Below, in pieces: positions 57,906 to 64,000 of a DNA stretch of 64,000 nucleotides; the stretch's first letter is position 1; the number at the start of each line of letters is the position of its first letter. The notes beneath the pieces are model-generated. The model made no database searches and had not been told where the DNA came from. It saw only the letters and a list, made by a program, of their open reading frames with translations. The position numbers and the translations under genes were made by a program. The DNA lies in NCBI RefSeq assembly GCF_009914755.1, contig NC_060933.1; one strand, written 5' to 3'. Source of the stretch: the human T2T-CHM13v2.0 reference genome, Homo sapiens.

Positions 57906-60900
57906 ATGCAATGGAATGGAATGGAATCAACTCGTTTGTAATGGAATGGAATGGAATGGAATGGAATGGAATGGAATGGAATTAAACCGAATACAATGGA
58001 AGGGAATGGAATGGAATGGAAACTAATAGAATGGAATCAACCCGAGTGGAATGGAATGGAAAGGACTGGAATGGAATGGAATGGAATGGAATCAACTCGA
58101 TTGTAATGGAATGGAATGGAATGGAATGGAATGGAATGGAATGGAATGGAATTAACCCGAATACAATGGAATGGAATGGAATGGAATGGAATGGAGTGGA
58201 ATGGAATGGAATCAACCCGAGTGCAGGGGAATGGAATGGAATGGAATGCAATGGAATGGAATCATCCGGAATGGAATCGAATGGAATGGAATGCAAAGCA
58301 ATGGAATCAACTCGATTGCAATGGAATGGAATGGAATGGAAAGGAATACATTGGAATCAACCCGAGTGGAATGGAATGGAAAGGACTGGAATGGAGTGGA
58401 ATGGAATGGAATGCAATGGAATGGAATGGAATGGAATCAACTTGATTGGAATGGAATGGAATGGAATGGAATGGAATGGAATGGAATGGAATCAACCCGA
58501 CTGCAGGGGAATGGAATGGAATGGAATGCAATGGAATGGATTCAACTTGAATGGAATGGAAAGAATGGAATCAACACGAGTGGAATGGCATGGATTGGAA
58601 TGGAATGGAATGGAATGAACCCGAGTACAGGGGAATGGAATGGAATGGAATGCAATGGAATGGAATCATCCGTAATGGAATGGAAAGGAAAGGAATGGAA
58701 TGGAAAGGAATGGAATGGAATGGAATGGAATGGAATGGAATCAACTCGATTGCAATCGAATGGAATGGAATGGAATTAACCCGAATAGAATTGAATGGAA
58801 TGCAATGGAACGGAACGGAATGGAATGGAATGGAATGGAATGGAATGGAACGGAACGGAATGGAATGGAATGGAATGGAATGGAATGGAATCAACGCGAG
58901 TGCAGAGGAATGGAATGGAATGGAATGCAATGGAATGGAATCTTCCGGAATGGAATGGAATTGAATGGAATGGAATGGAATGGTATGGAATAAACCCGAG
59001 TGCAATGGAATGGAGTGGAATGGAATGGAATGGAATGGAACAACCCGAATGGAATGGAATGTAATGGAGAGTAAGGGAGTTGAATAGAATCAATCCGAAT
59101 GTAATGGAATGGAATGGAACGGAATGGAATTGAATGGAATGGAATGGAATGGAATGGTATGGAATCGTTCCGAGTGGAATAGGAGGGAATGTATTCGAGT
59201 GGAATGGAAAGGAATGGAATCAACCAGAGTGGCATGGAAGGGAATGGAATGGAATGGAAACTAATAGAATGGAATCAACCCGAGTGGAACGGAATGGAAA
59301 GGACTGGAATGGAATGGAATGGAATGGAATGGAATCAAATCGATTGTAATGGAATGGAATGGAATGGAATGGAATGGAATGGAATGGATTTAACCCGAAT
59401 ACAATGGAATGGAATGGAATGGAACGGAATGGAGTGGAATGGAATGGAATCAACCCGAGTGCAGGGGAATGGAATGGAATGGAATGCAATGGAATGGAAT
59501 CATCCGGAATGGAATGGAATGGAATGGAATGCAAAGCAATGGAATCAACTCGATTGCAATGGAATGGAATGGAATGGAAAGGAATACATTGGAATCAACC
59601 CGAGTGGAATGGAATGGAAAGGACTGGAATGGAGTGGAATGGAATGGAATGGAATGGAATGGAATCAACTCGATTGGAATGGAATGGAATGGAATGGAAT
59701 GGAATGGAATGGAATTAACCCGAATAGAATGGAATGGAATGGAATGGAAAGGAACGGAACGGAACGGAACAGAACGGAACGGAACGGAATGGAATGGAAT
59801 GGAATTGAATGGAATCAACCCGACTGCAGGGGAATGGAATGGAATGGGATGCAATGGAATGGATTCAACTTGAATGGAATGGAAAGAATGGAATCAACAC
59901 GAGTGGAATGGCATGGATTGGAATGGAATGGAATGGAATCAACCCGAGTACAGGGGAATGGAATGGAATGGAATGCAATGGAATGGAATCATCAGTAATG
60001 GAATGGAAAGGAATGGAATGGAATGGAATGGAATGGAATGGAATGGAATCGAATGGAATGGAATCAACTCGATTGCAATCGAATGGAATGGAATGGAATT
60101 AACCCGAATAGAATGGAATGGAATGGAATGGAATGGAACGGAACGGAATGGAATGGAATGGAATGGAAAGGAATGGAACGGAAAGGAATGGAATGGAATG
60201 GAATGGAATGGAATGGAATGGAATGGAATGGAATGGAATAAACCCGAGTGCAATGGAATGGAGTGGAATGGAATGGAATGGAATGGAACAACCCGAATGG
60301 AATGGAATGTAATGGAGAGTAAGGGAGTTGAATAGAATCAATCCGAATGTAATGGAATGGAATGGAACGGAATGGAATTGAATGGAATGGAATGGAATGC
60401 AATGGAATGGAATCAACCCGAGTGCAATGGAATGGAGAGGAATGGAATGGAATGGAATGGAAACTACCCGAATGGAATGGAATGTAATGGAGTGTAAGGG
60501 AATTGAATAGAATCAATCCGAATGTAAAGGAATGGAATGGTACGGAATGGAATGGAATGGAATGGAATGGAATGGAATGCAATGGAATGGAATCAACCCG
60601 AGTGCAATCGAATGGAATCGAATGGAATGGAATGCAATGGAATGGATGCAAGTTGAATGGAATGGAAAGAATGGAATCAACACGAGTGGAAGGGCATGGA
60701 TTGGAATGCAATGGAATGGAATCAACCCGAGTACAGGGGAATGGAATTGAATGGAATGCAATGGAATGGAATCATCCGTAATGGAATGGAAAGGAATGGA
60801 ATGGAATGGAATGGAATGGAATGGAATGGAATGGAATGGAATCAACTCGATTGGAATGGAATGGAATGCAATGGAATGGAATGGAATTAACCCGAGTAGA

Positions 60901-63525
60901 AAGGAATGGAATGCAATGGAATGGAATTGAATGGAATTAACCCGAGTAGAAAGGAATGGAATGCAATGGAACAGAACGGAACGGAATGGAATGGAATGGA
61001 ATGGAATGGAATGGAATCAACCCGACTGCAGGGGAATGGAATGGAATGGAATGCAATGGAATGGATTCAACTTGAATGGAATGGAAAGAATGGAATCAAC
61101 ACTAGTGGAATGGCATGGATTGGAAAGGAATGGAATGGAATCAACCCGAGTACAGGGGAATGGAATGGAATGGAATGCAATGGAATGGAATCATCCGTAA
61201 TGGAATGGAAAGGAATGGAATGGAATGGAATGGAATGGAATGGAATGGAATGGAATCAACTCGATTGCAATCGAATGGAATGGAATGGAATTAACCCTAA
61301 TAGAATGGAATGGAATGGAATGGAACGGAAAGGAATGGAATGGAATGGAATGGAATGGAATGGAATGGAATGGAATGGAATGGAATCAACGCGAGTGCAG
61401 GGGAATGGAATGGAATGGAATGCAATGGAATGGAATCTTCCGGAATGGAATGGAATGGAATGGAATGGAATGGAATGGAATGGAATCAACCCGAGTGCAA
61501 TGGAATGGAGTGGAATGGAATGGAATGGAATGGAACAACCCGAATGGAATGGAATGTAATGGAGACTAAGGGAGATGAATAGAATCAATCCGAATGTAAT
61601 GGAATGGAATGGAACGGAATGGAATTGAATGGAATGGAATGGAATGCAATGGAATGGAATCAACCCGAGTGCAATGGAATGGAGAGGAATGGAATGGAAT
61701 GGAATGGAAACTACCCGAATGGAATGGAATGTAATGGAGTGTAAGGGAATTGAATAGAATCAATCCGAATGTAATGGAATGGAATGGAAGGGAATGGAAT
61801 GGAATGGAATGGAATGGAATGCAATGGAATGGAATCAACGCGAGTGCAATCGAATGGAATCGAATGGAATGGAATGCAATGGAATGGATTCAACTTGAAT
61901 GGAATGGAAAGAATGGAATCAACACGAGTGGAAGGGCATGGATTGGAATGCAATGGAATGGAATCAACCCGAGTACAGGGGAATGGAATGGAATGGAATG
62001 CAATGGAATGGAATCATCCGTAATGGAATGGAAAGGAATGGAATGGAATGGAATGGAATGGAATGGAATCAACACGATTGCCATCGAATGGAATGGAATG
62101 GAATTAACCCGAATAGAATGGAATGGAATGGAATGGAACGGAACGGAATGGAATGGAATGGAATGGAATGGAACGGAACGGAACGGAACGGAATGGAATG
62201 GAATGGAATGGAATGGAACGGAATGGAATCAACGCGAGTGCAGGGGAATGGAATGGAATGGAATGCAATGGAATGGAATCTTCCGGAATGGAATGGAATG
62301 GAATGGAATGAAATGCAATGGATTCAACTCGATTGCAATGGAATGGAATAGAATGGAATGGAATGGAATGGAATGGAATTAACCCGAATAGAATGGAATG
62401 GAATGGAATGGAATGGAATGGAACGGAACGGAATGGAATGGAATGGAATGGAATGGAATGGAATGGTATGGAATGGAATGGAATGGTACGGAATAGAATG
62501 GAATGGAACGAATTGTAATGGAATGGAATTGAATGGAATGGAATGGAATGGAATGGAATCAACGCGAGTGCAGGGGAATGTAATGGAACGGAATGCAATT
62601 TAATGGAATCATCCGGAATGGAATGGAATGGAATGGAATGGAATGGAATGGAATCAACCCGAGTGCAATGGAATGGAGTGGAATGGAATGGAATGGAATG
62701 GAACAACCCGAATGGAATGGAATGTAATGGAGAGTAAGGGAGTTGAATAGAATCACTCGGAATGTAATGGAATGGAATGCAACGGAATGGAATGGAATGG
62801 AATGGAATGGAAAGGAATGGAATGCAAAGGAATGGAATCAACCCGAGTGGAATGGCATGGAATGGAATGCAATGGAATGGAATGGAATGGAATCAACTCG
62901 AATGGAAAGGAATGGAATGGAATGGAAAGGAATGGAATGAAATCAACTCGAGTGGAATGGAATGGAATGGATTGGAATGGATTGCAATGGTATGAAATGG
63001 AGTGGAATGGAATGGAATCAATCATTCCGAGTGGAATGGAAGGGAATGTAATGGAGTGGAAAGAAGGGAATGGAATCAACCCGATTGGAATGCAAGGCAA
63101 TGGAATGGAATGGAAAGGAATGGAATGGAATCAACTCCATTGCAATGGAATGGAATGGAATGGAATGGAATGGAATGGAATGGAATTAACCGGAATAGAA
63201 TGGAATGCAATGGAATGGAACGGAATGGAATGGAATAGAAGGTAATGGAATCAACACGGGTGCAGGGGAATGGAATGGAATGGAATGCAATGGAATGGAA
63301 TCATCCGGAATGGAATGGAATGGAATGGAATCAACTCCATTGCAATGGAATGGAATGGAATGGAATGGAATAGAATGGAATGGAATTAACCCGAATAGAA
63401 TGGAATGCAATAGAATGGAATGGAACGGAACCGAATGGAGTGGAATGGAATGGAATGGAATCAACCTGAGTGCAGAGGAATGGAATGGAATGGAATGCAA
63501 TGGAATGGAATCATCCGGAATGGAA

Positions 63526-64000
63526 TGGAATGGAATGGAATGGAATGGAATCAACGTGAGTGCAGGGGAATGTAATGGAACGGAATGCAATCGAATGGAA
63601 TCATCCGGAATGGAATGGAATGGAATGGAATGGAATGGAATGGAATGGAATGGAATCAACACGAGTGCAATGGAATGGAGTGGAATGGAATGGAATGGAA
63701 TGGAACAACCCGAATGGAATGGAATGTAATGGAGAGTAAGGGAGTTGAATAGAATCAATTCGAATGTAATGGAATGGAATGCAACGGAATGGAATGGAAT
63801 GGAATGGAATGGAATGGAATGGAATGGAATGGAATGGAATGATACGGAATAGAATGGAATGGAACGAAATGGAATGGAATGGAATGGAATGGAATGGAAT
63901 GGAATGGAATGGAATCGTTCCGAGTGGAATAGGAGGGAATGTATTCGAGTGGAATGGAAAGGAATGGAATCAACAAGAGTGGAATGGAAGGGAATGGAAT
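63526..64000 (+). repeat. Near-identical copy of ~54060-54534 (offset 9466), running off the window edge
   Basis: Shared variants CAACGTGAG, GCAATCGAATGGAATCATCC, CAACACGAGTGCAAT, CAATTCGAAT and CAACAAGAGT. ORF 54289..54510 is identical to 63755..63976. Confidence 0.85.

Larger units (their letters stand above)
1..64000 (+). repeat. Human Satellite 3 (HSat3 / satellite III)-type (GGAAT)n array, GGAAT strand on +, extending beyond both window edges
   Basis: Continuous tandem GGAAT pentamers with interspersed CAACCCGAGT, CAACTCGATT, CAACGCGAGT and TTAACCCGAAT motifs. CAACCCGAGT is the established satellite III interspersed motif. No unique sequence anywhere. Subfamily and chromosome cannot be assigned without k-mer comparison. 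Confidence 0.96.

Noticed and set aside
1-64000. Hundreds of ORFs (MEWNG and IPFHS repeats) as protein-coding genes
   Set aside because: The GGAAT pentamer has no stop codon on either strand and supplies an in-frame ATG every 15 nt on +, so overlapping ORFs in all frames are expected. There is no domain-like sequence, frame preference or gene structure.
1-64000. CRISPR-like or other repeat-spacer array
   Set aside because: The 'spacers' are degenerate pentamers reused many times rather than unique sequences. There is no constant-length direct repeat, leader or cas gene.
1-64000. HSat2, alpha satellite, CENP-B boxes or telomeric repeat
   Set aside because: Long pure GGAAT runs with CAACCCGAGT indicate HSat3 rather than the CATTCGATTC-rich diverged HSat2. 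I saw no 171-bp alphoid monomer, CENP-B box consensus or TTAGGG tract.
1-64000. Assignment to a specific HSat3 subfamily or chromosome (e.g. 9q12, DYZ1, D15Z1)
   Set aside because: This needs k-mer comparison with reference arrays. Regular 3.6 kb or 1.8 kb periods are not evident, but I cannot make a positive assignment from the sequence alone.
1-64000. G-quadruplex array
   Set aside because: Mostly GG doublets with isolated GGG/GGGG, and no clusters of four G3 tracts. Known structural work on (GGAAT)n favours G-A mismatch hairpins.
1-64000. A novel gene-encoded biological system
   Set aside because: No non-satellite sequence is present to encode one. Claims are limited to satellite architecture and motif content.

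Overview
The whole 64 kb window is one uninterrupted block of (GGAAT)n/(CATTC)n satellite DNA, most consistent with Human Satellite 3 (HSat3, classical satellite III; a great-ape orthologue cannot be excluded). The purine-rich GGAAT strand is on + throughout. I saw no inversion, transposon or unique sequence. The pentamer runs are punctuated by the classical satellite III CAACCCGAGT-type decamer and its variants, and by a limited set of longer diverged modules. There are no credible protein-coding or RNA genes: every ORF in the track is the automatic (MEWNG)n or (IPFHS)n translation of a stop-free pentamer. The real structure is internal: (1) a recent, near-identical ~5.95 kb tandem duplication (35661-41615 / 41616-47550) with a partial third copy; (2) older dispersed block duplications and mosaics rather than one fixed higher-order repeat; (3) about 36 perfect nGAAnnTTCnnGAAn heat-shock-element matches created by a single CTTCC variant pentamer; (4) a paralogous module pair held 175 bp apart; (5) a recurrent 14-bp perfect palindrome. 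I found no evidence of a new gene-encoded system. Any function here would be as a protein-binding, transcribed or structural satellite. Counts and coordinates were read by eye and may be off by a few bases or copies.
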